A DNA stretch of 64,000 nucleotides. Origin: Lagierella massiliensis (GTDB taxonomy: Bacteria > Bacillota > Clostridia > Tissierellales > Peptoniphilaceae). The stretch is from positions 68,423 through 132,422 of the forward strand of contig JAUNLT010000003.1 of NCBI GenBank assembly GCA_030532135.1, read 5' to 3'. The notes below the pieces were generated by a model. The model was given only the letters and a program-made list of their open reading frames with translations. It searched no databases and had not been told where the DNA came from. The position numbers were made by a program, and so were the translations under genes. Each line of letters opens with the position of its first letter. Position 1 is the stretch's first letter. Of the stretch, positions 20,781 to 28,929 are shown piece by piece.

Positions 20781-21024
20781 TTTATTACTCCATTTAAATA
20801 AATTTTAAAATAAAGTTTTAGTTTATTTATCTACTAAAACATCTAAGACTTTAAGACTAAAGTCAATATAAATTATTAGTCAATAAAATCCCTCTTATTC
20901 TTATTACCCTATATATAAAGAAAGCTTCTAAACTATGGACAAATTTACCTTTAAAACTAACTTTAAAATACAACTTTATTAAAAATGTCCTACTTTAAAC
21001 TTTACTTATTTTTATACAAAAAAA

Positions 21025-21043
21025 GCATCTACAAAGTAGATGC
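21025..21043 (-). terminator. Terminator ending the bacteriocin/protease cassette
   Basis: GCATCTAC-aaa-GTAGATGC followed by T8 on the minus strand. Confidence 0.75.
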
Positions 21044-21093
21044 AATAAAACAATTTAAAATCCAAATCGATAACTATTAATATTTAATTAAAA

Positions 21094-21681
21094 CTAATAT
21101 ACTTCTTTACTTTCATTAAGTTTAAACCAATATGAAGATGTTCCTATAATATAAGTGTAAGAATTTTTAGGCATTTGAACGATAATATTAAATACATTGT
21201 AATAATCTCCTGCACCCATACCTATTGTAAAAACAGCCATAGAACCAAGAAGATACATTTCCCTATTCATTAAAAATATTAAAAATGGTACAAACCCAAA
21301 TACAATGTTTGGCAACAAATTCATAAAAATCGCTCTTTTTTTACTAATATTTTCTGTCCCTGTAACAAAAAGCATTCCCTTTGAAAGATTAGTGAATAAA
21401 TATACGTCTTCCTTAAAACAAATAGCGTGTAATAACTCATGGGGGAAAAGTGTTAGTATCGCCAGTATTGCTCCACTTGTATTAAAATTTTTAATACTTC
21501 CAGTATGTATTGTGAAGAACAACAAACCTAAACCTGTCAATAAAATGGCCATTATATTTATTGCAATAGAAAATTTTTCTAAATTATCAGGTTCATTAAA
21601 TTCAACATAATTATCCTCGTGTTCTCTAGTAGGTAATTTACTATTATCACCGTCAAACTTTCCTCGAAAATGTAATTTCAT
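21094..21681 (-). CDS. Membrane zinc metalloprotease (DUF3267-like)
   Basis: PHELLHA (HExxH) within a hydrophobic segment, LLP and GAGD motifs; RBS AAGGAG. Confidence 0.8.
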   Translation of the reverse strand: MKLHFRGKFDGDNSKLPTREHEDNYVEFNEPDNLEKFSIAINIMAILLTGLGLLFFTIHTGSIKNFNTSGAILAILTLFPHELLHAICFKEDVYLFTNLSKGMLFVTGTENISKKRAIFMNLLPNIVFGFVPFLIFLMNREMYLLGSMAVFTIGMGAGDYYNVFNIIVQMPKNSYTYIIGTSSYWFKLNESKEVY

Positions 21682-21700
21682 ACTTACTCCTTAAAATAAT

Positions 21701-21732
21701 AAGATAAACCTATGATAACATAGGTTTATCTT
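21701..21732 (-). terminator. Hairpin between the peptide genes and the protease
   Basis: AAGATAAACCTATG-ataa-CATAGGTTTATCTT (14-bp stem). Confidence 0.7.
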
Positions 21733-21738
21733 TTGTTG

Positions 21739-21894
21739 TTAGTTTTTCATGTTATAAATCATTTTTCCTATCTTTTCACCACTTTTATAAGATATAAATA
21801 CTAAAAAACAAATAGTTATGACAGATACTAAAATAGTGAAATACGGAAATTCTTTATATAATTCATGAAAACTCATGTACAAGATTTTATCCAT
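21739..21894 (-). CDS. Putative bacteriocin immunity peptide, 51 aa (not in ORF track)
   Basis: MDKILYMSFHELYKEFPYFTILVSVITICFLVFISYKSGEKIGKMIYNMKN; one TM helix; start overlaps the end of the upstream precursor. Confidence 0.65.
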   Translation of the reverse strand: MDKILYMSFHELYKEFPYFTILVSVITICFLVFISYKSGEKIGKMIYNMKN

Positions 21895-22033
21895 TATTCT
21901 TTGAGCCATTATACACGCCTAATCCAAAAGCGCCTACACATAGTACTCCAAGTCCTATTAAAAGTACAACTCCGCCACCATCTACCATCATTAATTCTTC
22001 ATTGCTCATGCAAACAAAATTTTGATTTTCCAT
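21887..22033 (-). CDS. Double-glycine bacteriocin-like precursor B, 48 aa (not in ORF track)
   Basis: MENQNFVCMSNEELMMVDGG|GVVLLIGLGVLCVGAFGLGVYNGSKNNG; RBS GAGG; GxxxG motif. Confidence 0.82.
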   Translation of the reverse strand: MENQNFVCMSNEELMMVDGGGVVLLIGLGVLCVGAFGLGVYNGSKNNG

Positions 22034-22046
22034 ATCTTAACCTCAA

Positions 22047-22220
22047 TTAGTTGTTCTTATAGTTGTAGATAGCTTTTCCTACAGCTACGCCTGCTTTATA
22101 GCAAACTGAAAGAGCAGCTCCAACTCCAGCAACAGCAGCACATGCTGCTAAAAATCCAATACCACCTTCTACTAATTCCAATTCCTTTGAATCTAAACAC
22201 TCAAATTTTTCTAATTGCAT
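22047..22220 (-). CDS. Double-glycine bacteriocin-like precursor A, 57 aa (not in ORF track)
   Basis: MQLEKFECLDSKELELVEGG|IGFLAACAAVAGVGAALSVCYKAGVAVGKAIYNYKNN; RBS AAGGAG. Confidence 0.88.
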   Translation of the reverse strand: MQLEKFECLDSKELELVEGGIGFLAACAAVAGVGAALSVCYKAGVAVGKAIYNYKNN

Positions 22221-22293
22221 ATTTCTCTCCTTAAAATTTTATTTAATCAATAATAATATGTGTCGACCCAAATTATTATTAATAACACAGTTA

Positions 22294-22746
22294 TTACATT
22301 TCTACATAAATATCAACGTCTACATAAACTCCCAACTGCACATTATTGTCTCTCTTTGTTACTATAAGAAACGGTGATTTCGGGACAATATTATTACTTT
22401 TAATATAATCTGTTAACTCTATAAAAGATTGGTTAAGTCCCATCATAGGACCTTTATAATTTGTCATTAGTGCATTTTCAATATTGAACTCATCAACCCA
22501 TTGCATATCGTCTATTAGTTCAATTTTTTTACTAACTGGAATTATAAACTCAGTGTCAATTAATTTTTCATCTCCTGATTCTTCAATAGCATATGTAACA
22601 GAAATAGTACAATCTACAATTTCAGCTCCCATATCTTTAATGTAATTTTCAATTTCATTGGATTTTGAATTTAATTCTATTTGAGTTAATTTTTTTCTAT
22701 AACTGATAGCATTTTTTATAGAAAAGCTTTTATTCTTATATATCAT
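22294..22746 (-). CDS. GyrI-like small-molecule/peptide-binding protein (DUF5085-like); start re-assigned to MIYKNK
   Basis: Internally duplicated pattern ...DTEFIIPV...YKGP...LTDYIKSNNI...VDIYVE; RBS GAGG before ATG at 22746. Confidence 0.65.
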   Translation of the reverse strand: MIYKNKSFSIKNAISYRKKLTQIELNSKSNEIENYIKDMGAEIVDCTISVTYAIEESGDEKLIDTEFIIPVSKKIELIDDMQWVDEFNIENALMTNYKGPMMGLNQSFIELTDYIKSNNIVPKSPFLIVTKRDNNVQLGVYVDVDIYVEM

Positions 22747-22794
22747 TTCTACCTCAACTATAATATATTTTAAATTTATTTTTGGTACAATGCT

Positions 22795-22900
22795 AATATA
22801 CAAGTTAAATTTCTCCCTGTCAATGCTTTAGCACACTTCTTTCAAAGATTTAACTTGTGTTTAAGATGCTTAACATGTGCTTTATAATGCTTAACATTTT
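22795..22900 (-). promoter_or_regulatory. Sigma-A promoter with upstream ~21-bp-periodic repeats (LytTR-type architecture)
   Basis: TTGACA (22823-22818)-N17-TATATT (22800-22795). On +, TTA(A/G)C cores at 22828, 22850, 22870, 22891; ATGCTTAACAT occurs twice exactly. Confidence 0.7.
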
Positions 22901-23061
22901 TACTCCATTTTCTGTATAAAATTCCAATTAATTTTTTTTATTTCTATAAACTTTTTTAGACTGAAAATAAAAACTTTGTAGAATAATTAAAAAAATAAGA
23001 AGAAATTTCTTTAAAAATAATTTAAAACTATCAATATTTTTATATCCAAATAAAAAAATCC

Positions 23062-23095
23062 CTATGAATGTCCAAAAATTTTTAGATATTCATAG
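23062..23095 (-). terminator. Probable terminator of peptidase E
   Basis: CTATGAATGTC...GATATTCATAG stem plus T-run on the minus strand. Confidence 0.5.
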
Positions 23096-23201
23096 AGACT
23101 TCTTATAAAATTAAAAAAATTACATATTATAGTTTCTACAATTGTAAATATATTAAATTAGGTATTAAAAAGATTTTTTAAGCTCCATAAGGTTAACTTA
23201 A

Positions 23202-23882
23202 TTATTCTAAAATTCTCTTTTTTAAAGCCCTATCAACTATAGATAATTCATACACATTTTTGTTTGGATTTGAATTAATAACATATAATTGTCCCTTATC
23301 CCAAACCAATGCCGTTTGATTTTCTAAAGCAATCAAGGAAGTATTTTCTTTTAAGTAATATTTGTCAAATTTTTCAGGTTCCACCTTATCATAATGGGGA
23401 CAATTCAAATAAGGAACAATTCCAAGCCCTTGAATCTTAGGATATTTTAAAGATTTTTCTGCATCTGAAACCTCATAATCAAACCCTGCAATAAACCAAC
23501 AAATTGAACCTGCACTAAGTCCAGAAAGTACCTTGTCTTTCTTATATGCTTCAATTAGAAATTTATCCACTTGGAACTCTCTCCACTTATTCATCATAAA
23601 TTCAGTATCGCCACCACCAACATAAATAATGTCAGCATTTTCAATTTTCCCTTTAGCAGTTTCTACAGTCATATCTTCACTACATAAAAATAACGTGTCC
23701 ACCTCACAACCAAGGTCGCCATAGAGTCTTTTGATTGTATCCACATAGAAGGGATTATCCCTACTTGCTGTCGGAATAAAAAGAAGAGTTGGCTTTTCCT
23801 TTTCAGATTGTTCAACAATAAATTTGTCAATTGCATAAGTTTCATTTTTTCTAACCTCGCCACCACCAATTGCAATAATCAT
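23202..23882 (-). CDS. Peptidase E (S51 family)
   Basis: AIGGG, FIPTAS, IYVGGGDT, GLSAGS, CPHY. Confidence 0.88.
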   Translation of the reverse strand: MIIAIGGGEVRKNETYAIDKFIVEQSEKEKPTLLFIPTASRDNPFYVDTIKRLYGDLGCEVDTLFLCSEDMTVETAKGKIENADIIYVGGGDTEFMMNKWREFQVDKFLIEAYKKDKVLSGLSAGSICWFIAGFDYEVSDAEKSLKYPKIQGLGIVPYLNCPHYDKVEPEKFDKYYLKENTSLIALENQTALVWDKGQLYVINSNPNKNVYELSIVDRALKKRILE

Positions 23883-24311
23883 ATTTTATACCTCCTTTAA
23901 ATTAAAATCCTTGAACTATCTACAGTATATTTGCACACTTTTAAAACTGTAATATAACAAATCTTGTTTTATATAGTTAAATTTCAAGTCTAAAGCTAAT
24001 TATTTTTATTAAAACCACTTTAATAAAACCGTTTTAACTGTACTATATAAAAAAACTACAACTATGTAAAATATATAATAATATTTTTCCTATAAAATAG
24101 CTAGTAATTTCCATTTACTACGATTTGGGTATAAAAATAAATGTGTCTAGATAAAAAATTAAGCTTTTTTCTTAATCACAATTTTGATACTTATGCTTAT
24201 TAAGTCTATTATTAAAATTTCATATTATACTTAAATAATTATTGACTGACTTTTTCTATTGAAATACAATACTAATAATTGCGTTTTAAAAAAGAAATTA
24301 AGGAGGCGAAC

Positions 24312-24737
24312 ATGAAAAAATTTTTATTAAAAATTCTTGGAGGAATTTCAGTGGTACTTGGAACCATAGGAATTTTCCTACCAGTTATACCCACCACTCC
24401 ATTTTTACTATTAGCAGCTTGGGCATTTTTAAATAGCTCCGACACTCTTTACAACTGGCTTATGAATCACAGAGTTTTTGGACTATATATTAGATCCTAT
24501 GTAGAATTTAGAGGAGTAAGCAAGTTTCACAAAATTTTTGCTATAACCACTCTTTGGATTACTATGATCATATCCATATTACTTATAGATAAGTTTCCCG
24601 TTAAAATCTTACTTGGTATAATAGCAGTTCTTGTAACTATCCACCTTTTGAAATTAAAGACCTTAACTAAAACACAAATGAAAGAGTTGGAAGAAATGAG
24701 AAGACTTCATCAGGAAAAAATAACAAGTGAAGAGTAA
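24312..24737 (+). CDS. YbaN/DUF454 membrane protein
   Basis: GIFLPVIPTTPFLLLA signature; RBS AGGAGG before ATG at 24312. Confidence 0.9.
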   Translation: MKKFLLKILGGISVVLGTIGIFLPVIPTTPFLLLAAWAFLNSSDTLYNWLMNHRVFGLYIRSYVEFRGVSKFHKIFAITTLWITMIISILLIDKFPVKILLGIIAVLVTIHLLKLKTLTKTQMKELEEMRRLHQEKITSEE

Positions 24738-24742
24738 AACCC

Positions 24743-24786
24743 AATAAAAAGCAAGGTTTAAAGTACTTTAAACCTTGCTTTTTATT
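24743..24786. terminator. Bidirectional terminator
   Basis: Perfect 44-bp palindrome between convergent genes. Confidence 0.85.
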
Positions 24787-24834
24787 TTCATATTTTTTTA
24801 ATTTATCTATGCTTTAATATTAAGAAAAAACCCC

Positions 24835-25185
24835 TTAGGACCTTAAGATATTTTCCATTTTCTTTCCCCTTGCTAGTTCATCAACAAGTTTATCTAAATA
24901 TCGAATTTTTTGCATTAGAGGATCTTCTATATCTTCTACCCTGATTCCACATACAACACCTTTTATCTTATTAGTGTTTGGATTCATCAGTGGTGCATTT
25001 TCAAAAAATTCCCTGTAAGAAATTTTCTTTTCTAAAATTTTTTCCAAATCTTTTTTATCATATCCTGTCAACCAGTAAATAATCCTATCTACTTCTTCCC
25101 TGGAAGAACCTTTTTTCTCTACCTTTTTTACCAAAAGTGGATATACTTTTGCAAATGGCATTTCAAAAACTTTTTCTTTTTTCAT
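24835..25185 (-). CDS. DUF2200 family protein
   Basis: [34 protein letters not shown]. Confidence 0.88.
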   Translation of the reverse strand: MKKEKVFEMPFAKVYPLLVKKVEKKGSSREEVDRIIYWLTGYDKKDLEKILEKKISYREFFENAPLMNPNTNKIKGVVCGIRVEDIEDPLMQKIRYLDKLVDELARGKKMENILRS

Positions 25186-25297
25186 TTACTCCCCCTCAAA
25201 TTATTTAGGGTATTTTAAGATATTATTTTAAATTTATCCTAAAATAAAATCTCGATACAACCAAATTTTTAATATTCTGTACTCCACAATTGTCTGC

Positions 25298-25612
25298 CTA
25301 TCGTCTTTTTAAAGGCAAAGCTACTACATTTCCGATAATAGCCAAAGCAGTATATACTACTGTATAGATCCATGCACTAAAGTTATAAAAAACGAATATT
25401 GATGGTATAAATAAAATTGCTACAATCAAAACATACCAAATATCAAATCCATTTCTCATTCCATAAAAAAAAGATATTATAAAACATATGACAGGGATAA
25501 TTATCATAAGTACAAACATTGCGCTTCCCGTATCTTTTATGAAATTTGGAAGTACATAAAAATCTATAAGAAGTAGTATATAAAATATAATATTATTTTT
25601 TAACTTTTCCAA
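25298..25612 (-). CDS. Small four-TM membrane protein (DUF2651-like)
   Basis: Four hydrophobic segments; FYNFSAWIY motif; TTG start with GAGG. Confidence 0.7.
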   Translation of the reverse strand: MEKLKNNIIFYILLLIDFYVLPNFIKDTGSAMFVLMIIIPVICFIISFFYGMRNGFDIWYVLIVAILFIPSIFVFYNFSAWIYTVVYTALAIIGNVVALPLKRR

Positions 25613-25804
25613 AACAAAACCTCTTAATCAGTTTTCATCCAAAACATAACACTGTCAGGTCAATTTGTAATTATATATGATAATATAATCAAAAAAAGGT
25701 ACATTGTCAGACTAATTGTAAAAAATTTTTATTTATTATAGGTGTAGTCTGTATTAAGGAATATGATTATACTTCTATTCTCCAATTCGTCTATTATATT
25801 TTAT

Positions 25805-26782
25805 TTAACCTTCTACAAGATACTTTGGTTCTTTTCCGTCTAATACCCTAACTAAATCTTTTGCTGCTGTATTTGCCATTTCAACCCTAGCTTCATAAGT
25901 GTCATTACCTATGTGAGGAGTTAAAACTACATTGTCAAGTTTCATCAAGTCTTCGTTAATTTTAGGCTCTTCTTCATGAGTGTCAATTGCAGCACCTTTA
26001 ATTTTTCCTACTTCTAATGCTTTATACAGGGCTTTTTCATCAACTATTCCACCTCTTGCAGTATTTATTAAATAGGCAGTTTCTTTCATCATTTCAAGTT
26101 CTTTTTCTCCTATTAGGTGGTGATTGTCCTTTGTATAATTCATTTGTAAAACTATATAGTCGGCATTTTTTAATCCTTCTTCAAATTCTACAAACTTTGC
26201 CCCTATTTCTTCCTCTGCTTCTTTAAACTCAGATCTATCTTTTATATCATAGTAGAAAATATCCATATGAAGACCCTTTGCCATTCTGGCAATCTCTTTA
26301 CCTATATTTCCAAAGCCATCTATAAACAATTTTTTATGAGAAACTTGATTGCCTCCTAAAAATCCCATAACTTGCCAGCCTTCAAAGGAATTTTCTTTTA
26401 CCATTTTCTGATTTTTCAAAATTCCCCTAGACAGTGTAAGCATTAGAGCTATAGCAGTTTCTGCTGTGGACGCAACGGAATTTTGTCCAGGTGTATTTGT
26501 TAGTAAAACATTGTTTTCCTTAGCACTTTCAATATCAATATTATTTACACCAGCTCCCACATTTGCTATTATTTTAAGATTTTTGCTAGACTCAATTATC
26601 TTTTTAGTTACTGTAACATTAACCCCCGTAATAATTGCATCTACATCTTTTACATTTTCTATAATCTCTTCTTCAGATGGCGTATCTAACTTGTCAAACA
26701 TATTTAATTTGATATCTGCATCTTCTAAAATTTTGATAGTTTCTTCTGGTAGCTTAACAGCTGAATAAACTTTTTTTGTCAT
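25805..26782 (-). CDS. D-2-hydroxyacid dehydrogenase (glyoxylate/glycerate reductase-like)
   Basis: TNTPG, GFGNIG, INTARG, EEEP, LTPHIG. Confidence 0.88.
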   Translation of the reverse strand: MTKKVYSAVKLPEETIKILEDADIKLNMFDKLDTPSEEEIIENVKDVDAIITGVNVTVTKKIIESSKNLKIIANVGAGVNNIDIESAKENNVLLTNTPGQNSVASTAETAIALMLTLSRGILKNQKMVKENSFEGWQVMGFLGGNQVSHKKLFIDGFGNIGKEIARMAKGLHMDIFYYDIKDRSEFKEAEEEIGAKFVEFEEGLKNADYIVLQMNYTKDNHHLIGEKELEMMKETAYLINTARGGIVDEKALYKALEVGKIKGAAIDTHEEEPKINEDLMKLDNVVLTPHIGNDTYEARVEMANTAAKDLVRVLDGKEPKYLVEG

Positions 26783-27147
26783 CTAAACACTCTCCTTCTA
26801 TTCTTTTCCTTTAATAACCAACTATTAAACTTATACCCAAATATAAGAACATTTAATATTAATCTTTAATTAATATTGTCATTATATTAATTATGATCAT
26901 AAATCTTTTTATAAATTGGTTTACTGAATTTAACAAACTTGATTTTACTTTAATATAACGAATGTTAATATCTATTTTACGTAATAAATTTATATTTTGA
27001 TTCGTGTAGTAATGTAGCTCATAAGTATCGAAGTGAGTTTTAATAATATTTTAAAAACTACAATTTAATTTCATAAATTAGATTGCAGAGGAATACGTTG
27101 TACTATTAAAAATAGTTGTTATGATTAATTGAAGTAGGTGACTAGAA

Positions 27148-27579
27148 ATGTACAAATTCCCAAAGCAGAAGATAATTACTAATACTCTAATTTCAATAAT
27201 TCCATTTATCGTCCTACTATTAATTATAGTAGCTGATATTATTTTATATGCTGTAGATATAATGGTAACACCTTATATAATGATTTTATTTTATCTTTTA
27301 ATAGTTTTTTTTAATCACAATGATCGAAATTTGGTACTCGGTTATATACTTGTTTTAGTCAGTTTAATATCATTCCTTTATTTAAAACCTAACTATACCA
27401 TTAATCAAGCAACACAAGCACTCAAAAAAAGTGCTATCACAAATATAAAATTAGAACAGTTAGGATATGTAAAAAGGAAAAATATATTAATTAGAGGTGC
27501 ATATGTGTTTTGCACAGAAGATGGAAAATTAATAATTTTCGATAATATCAATGGTAAGTTTCATATGGCAAATAATTAG
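27148..27579 (+). CDS. Hypothetical membrane protein
   Basis: Three hydrophobic segments; RBS AGGTGA; downstream terminator. Confidence 0.65.
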   Translation: MYKFPKQKIITNTLISIIPFIVLLLIIVADIILYAVDIMVTPYIMILFYLLIVFFNHNDRNLVLGYILVLVSLISFLYLKPNYTINQATQALKKSAITNIKLEQLGYVKRKNILIRGAYVFCTEDGKLIIFDNINGKFHMANN

Positions 27580-27596
27580 AATTTAGAAGAGTTTTG

Positions 27597-27622
27597 CAGG
27601 TGATACATTTATGTATCACCTG
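27597..27622 (+). terminator. Intrinsic terminator
   Basis: CAGGTGATACAT-tt-ATGTATCACCTG plus T6. Confidence 0.8.
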
Positions 27623-27671
27623 TTTTTTATTGGTTTAAAAAAATCCCCCACAGATATTATAAAACCAAAAT

Positions 27672-28148
27672 TTATTCATCAACACTATTTAGTATAGAAC
27701 CAAATAAAACATCTGACTCTAAATTTTTCTTTAAAAATTTAACTAATTGAGGTGCCAATCTCACATTATATTGTTGTAGAAATTCATAACTGAAGGCTTT
27801 GATTTTTAAGTAGATTTTATTATTCTTTTTACTTATTATTATCTTTACTACTTGATCATAAGGTACTGATAAAATCACTATAGAATTTGCCATAAAACAA
27901 TTAAAATATTTTTCATTAATACCGATAGCCGAAAAAAAAGATATAAAAAATATAACAGCATTAATAACAGTGATAAGTCCTATAATTGATTTATCTTTTA
28001 AAAACCAAATTATTAGTCCAATTATTAGAAATATAATCGCAACTATAATTGAGGATTTAGGAACAAGAGCTTTAAATAAATTTTGTTTTCTTTTGATAAG
28101 ATTATAGATGGTTACGCTTAAAAAAAATATATTAATTAATATATACAT
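27672..28148 (-). CDS. Hypothetical membrane protein
   Basis: Three TM segments and a soluble beta-rich tail; AAGGAGG upstream. Confidence 0.65.
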   Translation of the reverse strand: MYILINIFFLSVTIYNLIKRKQNLFKALVPKSSIIVAIIFLIIGLIIWFLKDKSIIGLITVINAVIFFISFFSAIGINEKYFNCFMANSIVILSVPYDQVVKIIISKKNNKIYLKIKAFSYEFLQQYNVRLAPQLVKFLKKNLESDVLFGSILNSVDE

Positions 28149-28341
28149 AGATATAATAATCCTCCTTAAAGAAGAGTTATTAGTATAAAATTAGTTCTGA
28201 AAATACGCAAGAAGTTTAATAACCGTATTTATCATACTTTTATAAAAAATTCCCTATAAAAAACTTTTCCTTTAAATTCACTTGGTATATTATTGACAAC
28301 TTCTGGACTTTTAGCAAAAAGACTGAACTTCTTTATATCTT

Positions 28342-28548
28342 CTATTTTTTTAGTTCGTAACGTAAAGCCTTAGATGGACAGCGGTCGATGACTTCCATAA
28401 TCTTTTCTTCTGTGGCGTTTTCAGGCATAATCCAGGGTCTTCTGTTAATATCAAAGACTTCTGGAGCTCCTTGTACACAAAAGCCAGCATGCTCACACTT
28501 TTCTGGCTCCCAATAAATTATTAATCCTTCACTTTCATATGTTTTCAA
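28342..28548 (-). CDS. YjdI-like divergent 4Fe-4S mono-cluster protein
   Basis: CEHAGFCV...PEVF...RPWI...CPSKAL pattern. Confidence 0.85.
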   Translation of the reverse strand: MKTYESEGLIIYWEPEKCEHAGFCVQGAPEVFDINRRPWIMPENATEEKIMEVIDRCPSKALRYELKK

Positions 28549-28653
28549 TTTATCATCTTTCCTTTCTTCCTTTGCATGAATACTTTAATCTCAACATAAT
28601 TGAGAAAACAGTATGAATAAACCTTGTATTTGGGAATAGGTCTATTTATTATT

Positions 28654-28702
28654 ATACCATTATCTTTAAGTACAAAAACAGCCCTGCCTCTAGAGCTGTT
28701 TA
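28654..28702. repeat. Terminator/promoter junction repeat, left copy
   Basis: ATACCATT-N10-ACAAAAACAGC-N10-GAGCTGTTTA; same blocks and spacing as 33632-33680. Confidence 0.7.
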
Positions 28703-28711
28703 TCATAAACT

Positions 28712-28905
28712 TTAAATTACTTTATGCTATTTCTTTATACTAAATACCATTCCCATAAGACCTATAGCGGGACATAGGAACATGGGTGAAAGACCTGTGG
28801 GTTTTAAGTTTGTAAAACTATTAAACAGATTTACAGGTATTAGATAAGAGATAATAAATACCACTAACCTGCTATAAATAAAATTCTCCCGGTTTTCTTT
28901 TTCAT
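28712..28905 (-). pseudogene. Frameshifted small membrane protein
   Basis: RBS plus MKKKTGRILFIAG then TAG. Restoring one T gives LVVFIISYLIPVNLFNSFTNLKPTGLSPMFLCPAIGLMGMVFSIKK*. Confidence 0.6.
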
Positions 28906-28929
28906 CTTCTTCCTTATAATTGAATTTAT

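Noticed and set aside
21865-22050. 61-aa plus-strand ORF in the track
   Set aside because: It is the antisense shadow of precursor B and the immunity peptide, which carry the RBS and leader signatures on the minus strand
22747-22803. Longer start for the GyrI-like ORF
   Set aside because: It overlaps the -10 box; ATG at 22746 has the RBS
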